DNA of 62,306 nt, filler included, from Sphacelaria rigidula (lineage: Eukaryota): the NCBI GenBank assembly GCA_964200075.2. It is 3 parts of 3 records of this genome, joined end to end, with 100 filler letters (N's around TTAATTAATTAA, not from the genome) between each part and the next. Parts side by side here need not be neighbours in the genome. Positions count along the whole stretch, not along the records: positions 20,821 to 41,537 come from CAXNAA020000500.1; 2 more parts are not named here. One strand, written 5' to 3'. A model generated the notes under the pieces. It was not told the origin of the DNA. It made no database searches and saw only the letters and a list, made by a program, of their open reading frames with translations. This document shows, in pieces, positions 27,094-38,400 of this stretch. Position numbers and translations under genes: made by a program. Each line of letters opens with the position of its first letter. Positions within the stretch are counted from its first letter, which is position 1.

Positions 27094-30000
27094 TCATATT
27101 TTGAATGTGCTGATCAACTTGACGAGGTGGCGGTGCCTGTGTTTGCTGAGGTACTTGATCCCTATGTCTACGAGTTGGTCTTCGGTCTTGACGTAACGGA
27201 TGTCGATCTTTCCCTCCTTAACTAATTCCTGAATGAAAAAGTACCGTAGAGCTACGTGCTTGACTCTCGAGCTATAAGTTCGGTTGCCTGCGACGTGGAG
27301 AGTTGAAGTGTTGTCAATGTAAACAGGAACGGAGTCGAAGCGTGTGCCAAATCCCATCTCCCGCATCATATTCGAGCAAAATATGCCTTCCTTCATGGTG
27401 AGTGCAGCGGCCACGAGTTCTGCTTCCGTCGTCGATTGCGCGGTGAGTCCTTGTAGTCCTACCTTAAAACTGATGGGGCCATTCGAGAGAAAGATAAGAT
27501 ATGATGATGTGGATTTCCCGTTGTCTGGGTTGATACCCCAGTTCGCATCTGAGAACGCCGTCAATTGGAAACCGCGCTGGTTGTAGGTTATGACCTGGTC
27601 TGTAGGGCCGGCCAAATATCGAAGTAAGTGTTTTGCAGCTGCCATATGCGCCTTCGACGGATTGGACATCGCCCGCGCTAGTTGATTCACAGCGTATTCA
27701 ATGTCGTAACGTGTCACGTGAGCGAGATACATCACACTGCCCGTAGTAGCCTGGAAACGCTTTTTGTCCTCCTCGTTCAAAGCTTTCTCCCTCGGCTGGC
27801 CCAGTGACAGTTCTTGTCCCACACCAGGAGTGTATGCTGGGTTGCAATTCGCCATCCCGTATCGTTCCAGGAGAGACTTGGTGTAACTTTTCTGGCTGAT
27901 GGTGACTGTCTTCCTAACGCGATCACGAACAACGTCCATTCCCAGCACTAGCGATACATCTCCCATGTCCGTCACCGAGAAACGTCCCATCAGTTTATGC
28001 TTGATCCTTCCCAGCACTTTGACATCTTTCTCAAGCAGTAGGACGTCATAGACGTATAAAGTCAAAATGTAGACGTCGCCGCTCTCTTGGTATATGTACA
28101 CGCAAGGGTCCGACTTGAGGCTCTTGAATCCAATCTCCGCCACGTGTGTGTCAACCGTGCCCCACCAGCAGTTTGGACTTTGACGGAGGCCACAGAGACT
28201 TTTGTGGAGCCGCATTACCATCGGAGTTCCATTGGCGTCAAACTCCTCGTATCCTGGCGCCATTTTGACTTAAACTTCTTCCTTGAGTTCGGCGTTCAGA
28301 AAGGCGGTGTTATAGTCCAATTGCCAACACTCCAAGTCATACTCCGCCGCTACAGCTAATACCATGCGGATGGTGTGGATCCTGCAGACCGGTGCGAAAG
28401 TGCTGCCACAGTAAACGCCAGGGGCTTGTCCCCAACCCTGCACGACGGCTCGGGCCTTGTGCGAGAAATCTGCTTTCTTCTTGTACACCCATCGGGACCC
28501 GATTAACCTGTGTCCAGTTGGGACGGAGCTTGATGGCACTAGAGTATACACGTTGTCCCTTCTTAGGCCATCCATCTCCACATCTGATGCCGCCTTCCTC
28601 TGTTCCTTTTCGGGGAGACTCGTGGCATCATTGAACGTGTTTGGGATTCTTTCGGTTTTCTCTCCCACTGGACAGCCGGAGAGGTTGGTAGCTGTGTAAG
28701 CATACTCCACGACTGATTCCGCCCCAAACGTCTGGTGCACGACATCTGGCAGGAGCGCATTGGTGTGTATTTGCAGTCGCCGTAGCGCGGAGAGCATTTT
28801 GTCGTCCACAGTGGCTGAAAGGTGCGCAGAAGCTGCGCCGTCGTTGTTGGTGTTGCGTTCCCTGAAGGAGCGCGCTGCAATGCCTGCGCGCGTCACGGCG
28901 AGAGTTACTTGATGGCGAGAGTGTCGAGAGCGGTTGAGCAGTGGTGATTCGGCTGGTGATGTGGACTGGCTAACGTCATCCCGAGAGGGGGGTGCAGTTT
29001 GTTCCAGCGGCGCACGGCTCTCCGGTGATACTGTTGGCGACGTCTCTTCACGAGGTGTGCCATCGTCGTGCAACATGTCCCGCTTGGTGATGGCGCTGAT
29101 TCTCTCCAGAAGCTCGGCCACCTGTGGATCGTTAGAGATCCCGCTGGCAGTGATATGATCAACGGAGGCGTGGGCTCGTTGAGCTAGTACGGAGGTGTGA
29201 TCGCGAAGATCACGGAAGAAGTCGTCGTCGGTGACGTAATTGTGGCCCTCTCTGTCGCTGGAGTCCCGGTCACCGAGTGAAAATGGGTGTATCCGAAGTT
29301 GTGGCTCTCCCGTCGGGGTATGGTGTGTCGGAGGCTCGATGAAGACGACGTTCCTGCTCTCAATGATACGTCGCGTGGCCAGGTTGTAAACTAGGTAGCC
29401 CTTACTGTCATTACTGTACCCAACTAGTCGTCCTTCAACTGCTTTGAGAGCAAGTTTCGGAGTATGGCGATCGATATGTACGAAAGCCCTGGCTCCGACG
29501 ACTCGAAAGTGTTTGAGATCCGGTTCTGTCTCCTTCAGCATCTTACGAGGCGACTACATGTCAAGCGCCGAATGCGGTGATCTGTTTGCAAGGTTGGCCG
29601 CTGTGAACATCAATTCCCCCCAGTGAAAAGTCGGCAAACCACTGCCAGCAAGCATGCACCGGACCATGGCTGCAAGCGTCCTTCCTACGCGTTCTGACAT
29701 GCCGATTTGTTGTGGTGTATTGGTGCTTGCAAACTCTAGCAATATGCCTGTCTGTCGGCAGTACGGCTTGCACTCGTTGCCAATTAACTCACCGCCTTTG
29801 TCTGCCCTTAGTTGTTCGACCCGAACACCGTCAGGAATGACCATTGACTGTACGTAGGACTGAAATGCATGAAGAGTGGCGTCCTTGGTAAATCTCTGTC
29901 CATCTAGAATACTCATCGGAGATCTTGCAGACGTACTTGAAGCCTCCCAGCGCCACCGGCATGATCGATCTCATCAAATCTGTCGTGACTAGTTGAAAAG

Positions 30001-32305
30001 CGCATTGCACTTTGTTGTTGGCTGTCTTCGGGTGGGCCAGTTGATGACTGTTCCCAACAGCACAAATATCATAGTCTGGAACGGCTCCACCGAAATCCAC
30101 CTCGTTGCTTCCGACGTTTTTGAGAAGATTCAAACCGTGGCTGTTCAAGTGTCCCATCCTCCGATTCCACAGCGTGGCGGCGTCTGCAGCTTGCATAGCC
30201 AGTCCAGATGCATCGTTGCCGCTGCTTAGTTCCAGAGAGAAGAAAGACAGGTCGCTCTCCAGTTCCTGGAGCGGAACGGTGAAGTTGTTTGTCTCGAGTC
30301 TTGGGTTGTTCATTTCGAAAATAGGTACAACGCCATTTCGTGTCGCTTGTTTGACGGAGAACAAGTTCCGCCCCAAGCTAGGCACGACCAAAGACGAAAT
30401 CTTAACCAGGTGTTTGACCCCTTCGCCGTCTTGGATGTGTCCGCGGAGCAGTCCTTTACCAATCCCTGCCAGTTTGTGCCCCCCTGCGGTGGTGATCGTA
30501 CGCGGGGTCGCCAGTTTCTGGTAGTTGTGGAGTTTATACCGTAGCCCCGGGATGAGGGTATCGTCGAAGTAATGTCCCGACGCACCACTGTCTACCATGA
30601 CACTGACATGGCTATTGCTACCCTCAGTCCACTTGTCAAGAGCGGGTCCTGCCGCGAGAGCCGTCCCATCATCAGCATCGGTGATTCCGCCAAACGTTTC
30701 AGCAGTGTCGTCGATGTTCGACATAGCCCGGGGGTATAATGAGTTCCCGAACATCAACCAGACGTAGTGGACTACGGCTATTATGGCTAGCGCGCGCACT
30801 AGTGGGGAAATTGTCTCCCTGATTCCCCGCAGTAGGTTGCGAGCTCTGCGAAGGAACCTCGGACCCGCGGCCTCCTCTCCGTCGGCCCCTTCGAAGGCGC
30901 CGAAGAGGCCGCTGCCGTCAAAAGAAGCAACGGATTTGTTCGTTGGAGCGAAAGGCCAAAGTTTGTCCGCTTGGAGATGGTTCGCCTTGGGCGTTTCTAG
31001 GGCATTAAAGGAGATGGCGGGAGGGTGTTCCCTTGTACCGGTGGCTGGTGGATACCCTAACCACTGTGCGAAATTGGCTGTCTGCTGGCTGCGCTGTTGC
31101 AAGGAATGGCCCCCTTCTTCGCTGTGGGTTGTTGTGACCTGTGGAAAGAGTACCACTTATCTACATTCCCATTGTTTCCCCCGTCCTGACCGTCTCCCCC
31201 TGTCAGTGCTCGGGTCGCACTTCGGGCGGGGCAATTTCTCCTAACTTGACCTTGCTTTCCGCAGTAGTAGCATATTACTTGATTTCTTTTACTGCCATCA
31301 TTCCGGCCACTACCCTGCATAGCAACCCCGCGGCCTGCGACCGAGTTGGTGGCGTCCTGTCGTGAAAGGTAGTCGGCATACGTGGTGCTGACTATGTATC
31401 TGAGGTCCGACAAAGTAAAATCGTGCCTCTCGCAGCTAGCAATGCGGACCCTATCGTACTCGGCAGGTAAGGCTCGAAGGATAATGTCCTCATATCGTTT
31501 GTCAGGTACGGGCTGCCCCATTTCCTCCAGGCGATCACGGTAGCCATCCATGACAAACAAAAATCTTCCGGATCATCCCCTGACTGCATCGTCGTTTTGT
31601 GGAGTTCATCATGGAATTCCCTGCGTGCCTCTTTTGTGTTGCCGTCAAATTTTCTCGCAGCGCTGCCCACGCTGTTTGGCCATCACCAAACTCGTCCTCC
31701 TGGGTTTTCCCCATGAAACGTCGCACGGTATTGTTCGCTGATTTTTCGGTGGTGAAAAATAAGATGCTAAACAGGTCATTGTTTTCGCGATTCCAAGCCA
31801 GTGAAGGTGCCGTATCACGGGTTGACGGTTCATCACCAATTACGGTGCGTGCGGGTCTCTGCCGCCCTTGCAGAACTTCTGCGGTCGCATTATGGTGGAG
31901 ACAGAGGATCACCCATACTTTGTCTTGAAACTCTCGGAAACTAGCCCTAACAACGTCTTCGTGAGATTGAGAGTAGAGCGCGGATTGAGAGTGGCTTCGA
32001 CCATTCGCTTTAACTTAGCCAATCTTTCATTCCGCGTGTGCTCTTCTTCGTCTTCATCACTACCGTGTGCTTACAGCTACACGTCGGTACCCTTCTCAGG
32101 AATATCAAGCGCCTCAGTGGCAAGCTACTACAGGAAGAATATCAGGCCTTGTGGAGGGGCATTTCGGAACTGAGACCATCCATTCACTGACCGACCGCTT
32201 TTCACTCTCAATCGTATCCTCTACTCTCAAGCTCACAAAATCATTGTTCCTTGTCTTCGCTATCAAATTCTGTACACAACTTAGGTACCGCACGAATACT
32301 CTCAT
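27094..32305 (-). pseudogene. Copia gag-pol polyprotein, frameshifted
   Basis: CYYCGKQGQVRRNC, VDSGASGHY, LWNRRMGHLN, LRADKGGE, WVYKKK, GLRQSP, YVYD (mutated YVDD), FSDANW, STTEAEL, KHVALRYFF. Confidence 0.9.
31950..32248. mobile_element. About 300-bp MITE, AACAACG-TIR family, inserted in copia gag
   Basis: About 45-bp imperfect TIRs; flanks CCCT/CCTT; removal restores EDKASFREFQDK. Confidence 0.8.
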
Positions 32306-33068
32306 TGTCCGCCATGATCATCCTCCTCGTCGCTTTGCTCCAACGTAACGAGTATAGTATAACGTGTTCCGATACCACCACACAATCGGCCTTGATCACC
32401 GCCGCTTGACTTGTCGAGGGAGGTCGCGAAAGAAATAATGCAGATGGGTCGAACCCAGACATGTCCCCCACCACATAAGCGCCCCCCCCGCAACGGCTTA
32501 ACTTGAGCGGCTCGAGAGGTGAAGATAGAAAGTCAGGGTACAAGATGTTACAAACACTGCGCACGGTTGTGCACTTCTAGAGTAGGCGCGGAGAAAAATT
32601 CATTCCGAGAAAGGATCCGACTACTACTGACTGTTACTGTTTCCGCAGGTCAGCCGTGGTGCTGCGCACGCTGTTGTCGTCTCCTCAAAGAATAGATCAC
32701 ACGCCCTACTCGGTTCAGGTTGTGGTACCCTGCTGTAGCGCCAGTCGAGAGTAGATGCGTGTCGTCACAGTTGCAGAGCTACTCCTGTTCACCTGCTGTT
32801 GTCCCGCTTTTTAAAAAATGATCACTTCGTACCGCAGCGATGCCTCCGTATTGCGATGATGCCAGGTGCGCACAAAGTAAGTGCCGTCTCCAATCGTAAC
32901 GCAGCGCACTGTTGTAGTGCCAGACACACACAGTGCCGTCTTACTTTGACTCAACTCACGTTGTTTTCCAGCAAAGATTTGTCCTTTTGCTGCTGCCCTT
33001 CCTTCCTTCCTTCCAAGGTCCAACGTCCGCTCCTTCAGCACAAACACGACGAATCGAGGCTCATAACC

Positions 33069-33400
33069 TGTTGGAGGATTCACTCGGAACCCCTTTGTCG
33101 TGGTCGCTAGAGTTGGCGCATTGGCGGTTAAGCCAAGCAAGCAGACAGGTTGCTTCGGAGTGTAGACAGAAGATAGTGTTCAAGGTGCCGCTTGAGGGCA
33201 AGACAATGAAAACAACCCACCGGGGTACATGGTCAAAGCGAAGAGTACTTCATGTATAACAGCTGCTATACCACATTATACGCCCCCACATCAGACCAAC
33301 CCTTCGTGAACGATACCTGCGATCCCAACACTACATATACATAAAGTCAATACGATACGAAGCGTTGAAGAGCATGGCTCCGCAGCCTCATTCTCTAACG
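33069..33400 (-). repeat. Copia 5' LTR
   Basis: Direct repeat of 26619-26950, with the PBS adjacent. Confidence 0.93.
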
Positions 33401-35173
33401 CAGGTTACTTCATACTTGTCTGGAATGCGGACTCCTCATTGTCGGCGCTCGCTGCACATTATTTTGTTTGTTGGCGGATGCATGACCTACACACTCTTTA
33501 TGACTAGAGCTAATGACTCACTGGTTTTTCGAGGGACGTGGTCCCTTGCCCGATAATTTGTTGCACAGGTTTCTGTCAGGGTACTTTTGCGCGCGACTAC
33601 TTTCAGAGGACTATGGCTGACGACGACGTAGTTGTTTAAGCGCAACTAACAGCTCTCAGTCCGAGTGGTTCTTTGAAAGCAACCAGTTGCACTGATATCC
33701 ATCCGACATTCATTCGCACGCAACTACAGTAGACACCTAAATATTTGTTTTCGAATAAAGGCGATCTTTTCAGATTTTCAGATTCTCCGGATACCAAGTA
33801 CCGCTTCATCACAAAATTTGAGTAGCGCGACTTGAGTACCCGACGTCATCGATAGTCAGGGCCGAGTGTTCTCAACAGATAATACAAGCCTTCCTGAAAC
33901 ATATTGAAAGTAGATACATCTACCCAACACGCCTTTCCTGTCCTTTGATTTCAGCGAAGACACCCAGGGATGACGGGGTGGCAGGGAGGAAGGGGGCAGT
34001 TCTCAATTGTGTCGGATCTATTGTACAGATGTCGAGACGCGCCAATCATGCACATTTTACGTACGTTGCCACAACGTTTGCTGTGACAGCCAAGCCACAC
34101 GTCTTGAGTCATGAATGTTCATCATGCGTTGCTAGCAGAAACATCGGAATAGTCAAAAAGCTGCTCCAATATTGACGTTGAGGCATCTCAGAAGGGAGCA
34201 TTGTACTGACCCTCTTGGAACTCGCGAAAAAAAGCACAAACTCCCATGTACGAGCTTTCGTCACCGGAAAACGTCACTTTACGTTTGGTGCACGAATCTG
34301 CCACGTTAGTATACTTGGAGTTGGAATGGCGCACCGTTTTGGTGGGCTGCATCATCAACAATTGCAGAAAAACCACCATACCTTGCCCTAGAAAACGTCG
34401 ACTGCAAATCGTCATCGTTCCATCAGCGGTTCCAAAAGGGTTGACGTATTCGCATGTTTTTTCTCGACGGCTGAGTACATTTGCGAGTAGTCTAAAGGGT
34501 AGCGTAATCTCCATTCCTTTCCTCAAAAATATACGTATTGGTTGTCACGTACTCATGACGGTAGAGGCCAAAAAGCTGCGCCTTCTTCTTCCTATTCGCC
34601 TAGTAGAAGATAATCAACGCGATTACAATTTTGTTAGCCGTCGCAACGATTGGGTTCAGGCAAGAAGCAACTGTGGGAACTCCAAAACTTCCAAACAGAA
34701 CCTCGATCCCAAACTACAAATGAAGAAGGCAATTCGCTTCTCGTTCCCGCACGTAACATCTCTACTCACGTGGTCGATATACATACAAGGCATATTTCGA
34801 GGTATAGTGTTAGAGAAACAGAAAATTAATCGCTTCAAGGGCGAAGCAACAGCTGACAATCACGCACGACCACAGGGTTCATCGTCTACCTTCCAGCCGC
34901 GCCCGAAGGCTTAGTTTTTGAATATGTCTGTCATGGTGGACACAAATCTCCATGTTACTGGCAAAGCTGAAGTGTTTCGGTGTACATATCGTGCGAAGTG
35001 TACCGAATACCGACTGCAACCCTGCTGGATACTCCTTGATCTCCGAATGAGCCTAACTCAAACGTTGAGGGGGGGGGGAGATGATATATGGACATCCGTG
35101 CTAACTCTCCGACCTATTGTTTTCTCCGCTACCGATCCACATTTTTTACGTTGTGCACACGAAGCAACAGACA

Positions 35174-35401
35174 ATGGCTACTCGAGGATTGCTAGCAGCG
35201 TCCCTAGCAGTCGGTCTGCTTTCTCTAGCTGCCGCATCAGACATCGGTGTGGAGGACCAACGAAGCCCGTTCTATATGGGGGGGGCGAAGCATGAAGGAA
35301 GAAAGCTCCAGCATGGTGGTCGTAATGATGGTGGTGCTTCTGATGATTCCGGCGATGATTCTTGCAAAGAAGACGATGGCGTATTGGACCCTATCGGCAG
35401 C
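35174..35401 (+). CDS. vHPO exon 1 (signal peptide plus propeptide)
   Basis: MATRGLLAASLAVGLLSLAAA; donor |gtaagt. Confidence 0.8.
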
Positions 35402-38400
35402 GTAAGTGCCACAGCACCCCCAGCATCATACAAGCATGTTGTCGAAAATTAAACAATATGTCACTCTTTAACGCTCCACTGACCCTCTGTCGTCCAAAAA
35501 AAGGCACAGAGGTGCTTTCGATGACCCCAAGAACACACCACACTTGCCATTTCGATATTCCCCGTGCATGAGCCGAGGAAGGAAAATGTGCGACAGATTA
35601 GAATCGCCGACAAAAACAACCCGGTCCCCGGTGCAGTGCACGGACTGCGATTTTTGGTGCCCAAGAAACTGTCGATGCGCGATTCATGCACCTACCCCCT
35701 CCACCGCGGCCACCTAATAATAATGTACAGATGTCGAGTGGGCGCGCGGATCACGCTGAAATGATGAAAATTCAGAGGGCGGAGAGGGAAGAAGAAGGAT
35801 CGGAGATGATTTGTCAGCAGCCGAGCAGTGACACGGCCCTGTACGCCAAGTTCCACAAGACCTTGTCTCACAACGACTTGGGAGAGGTAACTGCGGTGAA
35901 GCGTGGGTGTTCACAAGCCCCCGCTGGGGTCGAGGGTGATCGCTTACAGTGCAGCCTTGACTAGTTTCTTGTGGGAGAAGCCACCACGACCGATAACGCC
36001 AGACTCCCCGAGGAGGAAAGAGCGGGTGGCAAGTAGGGTTCAAGGCGTGATCATTTGTTGCGAGCATGACTAAACAACTACACTGCGAGGTAGTATCAAC
36101 AGTGGTGGGCCATCATGAAGCACTCAAAATCACGTGCCCGGCTTGCAGGTCGTTGGATCTGCTTCGATCCCACTGCGAGTTCACACGAGTACACGGGTAG
36201 CGAGTCAAACGTGAGAAGCATCGTGAGCATGCCCCCCGCAAATGGAAGGATCTCACACTATTTGTGTTGTACAGTATATGGTGATTTACGCCAGCCCATA
36301 CGAAATCCCAGAGTGATCGCGATGTGACAGATTGGTTATGTGAAGCGTTTCGACGTGTGGCGATTTGTGCGTTTTTGGCATTTCATGCATACAGGTGGAT
36401 GCAGCTAACTACGCTATGCTCGAGGACTGCATAAGCTCGGCAGTCTTTGAGACATGCGAGAACATCACAAGCGATGGCGTCGGCACACTCGTTAACCCCC
36501 TCGGCGGTATAGCTGTGGACCTCGGCAGTCCTTTTGGGTAAGTCTTGTACACGTCGTCAAGGACTAGCATTGAAAATACATGCCATGCGTGGTGCGTTAG
36601 AAATGGTGATGCCTGTGGTGCTTTTGTTGTAATAGCTTTGTATTTGCCGTGGCATTATTCATGATCGCGGCATGTTCAGGCTGTTGGCGTCGGCGTCTTT
36701 GCGGAGTGAGCTTGACGTCTCTGCTAAACGGCGGTAACCCAAGGTTGGTTAGAGAAGGTGTCACTACTATCATCGGTGTTGGAGGCGACGATGGCGGTGC
36801 GGGTGGCGGTGGTGAGAAGAAAATGTGAAATAACATGAAGGTGCGAATGCTCACCAGTATGTCGTCGTATTGCTTTTCTTCAACCCATCATGCGTGTGTA
36901 TGCTGTGCAGCTCCGCGACATCGATACCACCGGCGCCCACGATTTCGTCTCCCGAGATGGTGAGCAAAACATCCACACGGTAACGATCAAGTAGTTGACC
37001 ACAGCTAAACGTTAATTCAAGCTCCCTCGGACAGGGGGAGGGAGGGGGGGGGGGTACTCATGATGTTGCACCCCAGAGTCATAAGACCAGTGACCTCGCA
37101 TCCCTACAAAGCCGGGACGGAGCACGCGGGGTTCTCGCTGGACTATTCTCGAAATCAATAACCAAGCGCGAAACGCCGTGATATTTTCGGCGAGCTCAAT
37201 GAAGGGTGAGCTGCATCCTGCAGAGATTTTTCGGCCCGGAGCGTACTGGTTATCTTAAAATTTCAATGACAGCCTCTCCAATTGGTTGCTTCATTTTCTG
37301 GCAACGCCACTTCCAGAGATAGCATGGCTTACACAATACCTCATGAGTGTCCCACAATGTGAACACTACCAGGGGGGAGGGGGGGGGAGGAGTGCGAGAG
37401 CTGGGACATGGTCCTTACAACGGGAGATACAAAACCCTTGGTTGTACCTCCTCCCTTATATGCTGCTGAGGTATTGGTCAAGCAGCCGCCGAACCTTGAT
37501 CGTGCTGCGCTGCTCGCATGTACTGCACGGCGCAGTTGACAAGATTCTTGACATCCACACTGTATCTTACATTTCGGTGCGATTTTTATGTCCACCGTCT
37601 GCGATGGTCGCTGTTGACCGCATGGTGCTGCTCTTCGTTGGGACTGACTGCAAAACCAGGCCGCTCATATGGCAGAGTGCTACTGGATGTCGCTCACCCG
37701 AGACGTGCCTTTCGCCGAGTACGGCTCCAACCTCATCACCATCCTGGCGGCAGGTGCGGTGCAACAAGACATAAAACCATGCACTCGCCCCACACTCCTG
37801 CCTGTCTAGCGTGGTCTCATGAGCGTATGAAGCTTTGCTGTTTGCGTCATGATGATGCTTGCTGGACTTTCACTCGGGAACGCTGAGTACGACTTACGCG
37901 AAGAAGCTGTGCATGGTTTTGACAGGAGTGGACTGGATGCACGGCTGATCCCCCCCCCCAGAGTATAAACACGCTTGTGTAGTTTCACCTGTCGAGCCTT
38001 TCTGGGGTCAGAGCCCAGCGGGACATGATAGCTCCGTCGGGCCCTTAGCCGCTTGTACAAATTGTATCGCATGATAAATAATATAGACGGTGGAGCTCTC
38101 CTGTGGTGGCGAGCTGCTGGATTTTTCCCGTGCAAACGGAACTACATGAAGCGTCCCGCCTCGAGAGCAAGAAGTAGAAATGTGACACGCTGGCCGAGGA
38201 TGACATACTAGTAACGACTGGTCCTCGCAGAGGCAGGGACTCGAATGTTCCCATGGCTTCCGAACGTTTCCCTTCAACATCTAAGTAGGTACTTGACACC
38301 TCTGGTTGTTGTCGGTCGTCGCCAAAACCGCTATCTTCGTTTGGGAATACAGAAAATCTGGCCGCAATGGAGGGCTTCCCCCTGGACACCAACTACGTGG

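Larger units (their letters stand above)
26619..33400 (-). mobile_element. Full-length decayed Ty1/copia LTR retrotransposon
   Basis: 332-bp LTRs at 26619-26950 and 33069-33400; PBS GGTTATGAGCC; PPT GAGGGGGGG; order gag(CCHC)-PR(DSGA)-IN-RT-RH. Confidence 0.95.

Noticed and set aside
34246-34914. 222-aa ORF upstream of vHPO
   Set aside because: No recognisable motif or splice support; may be decayed TE sequence.
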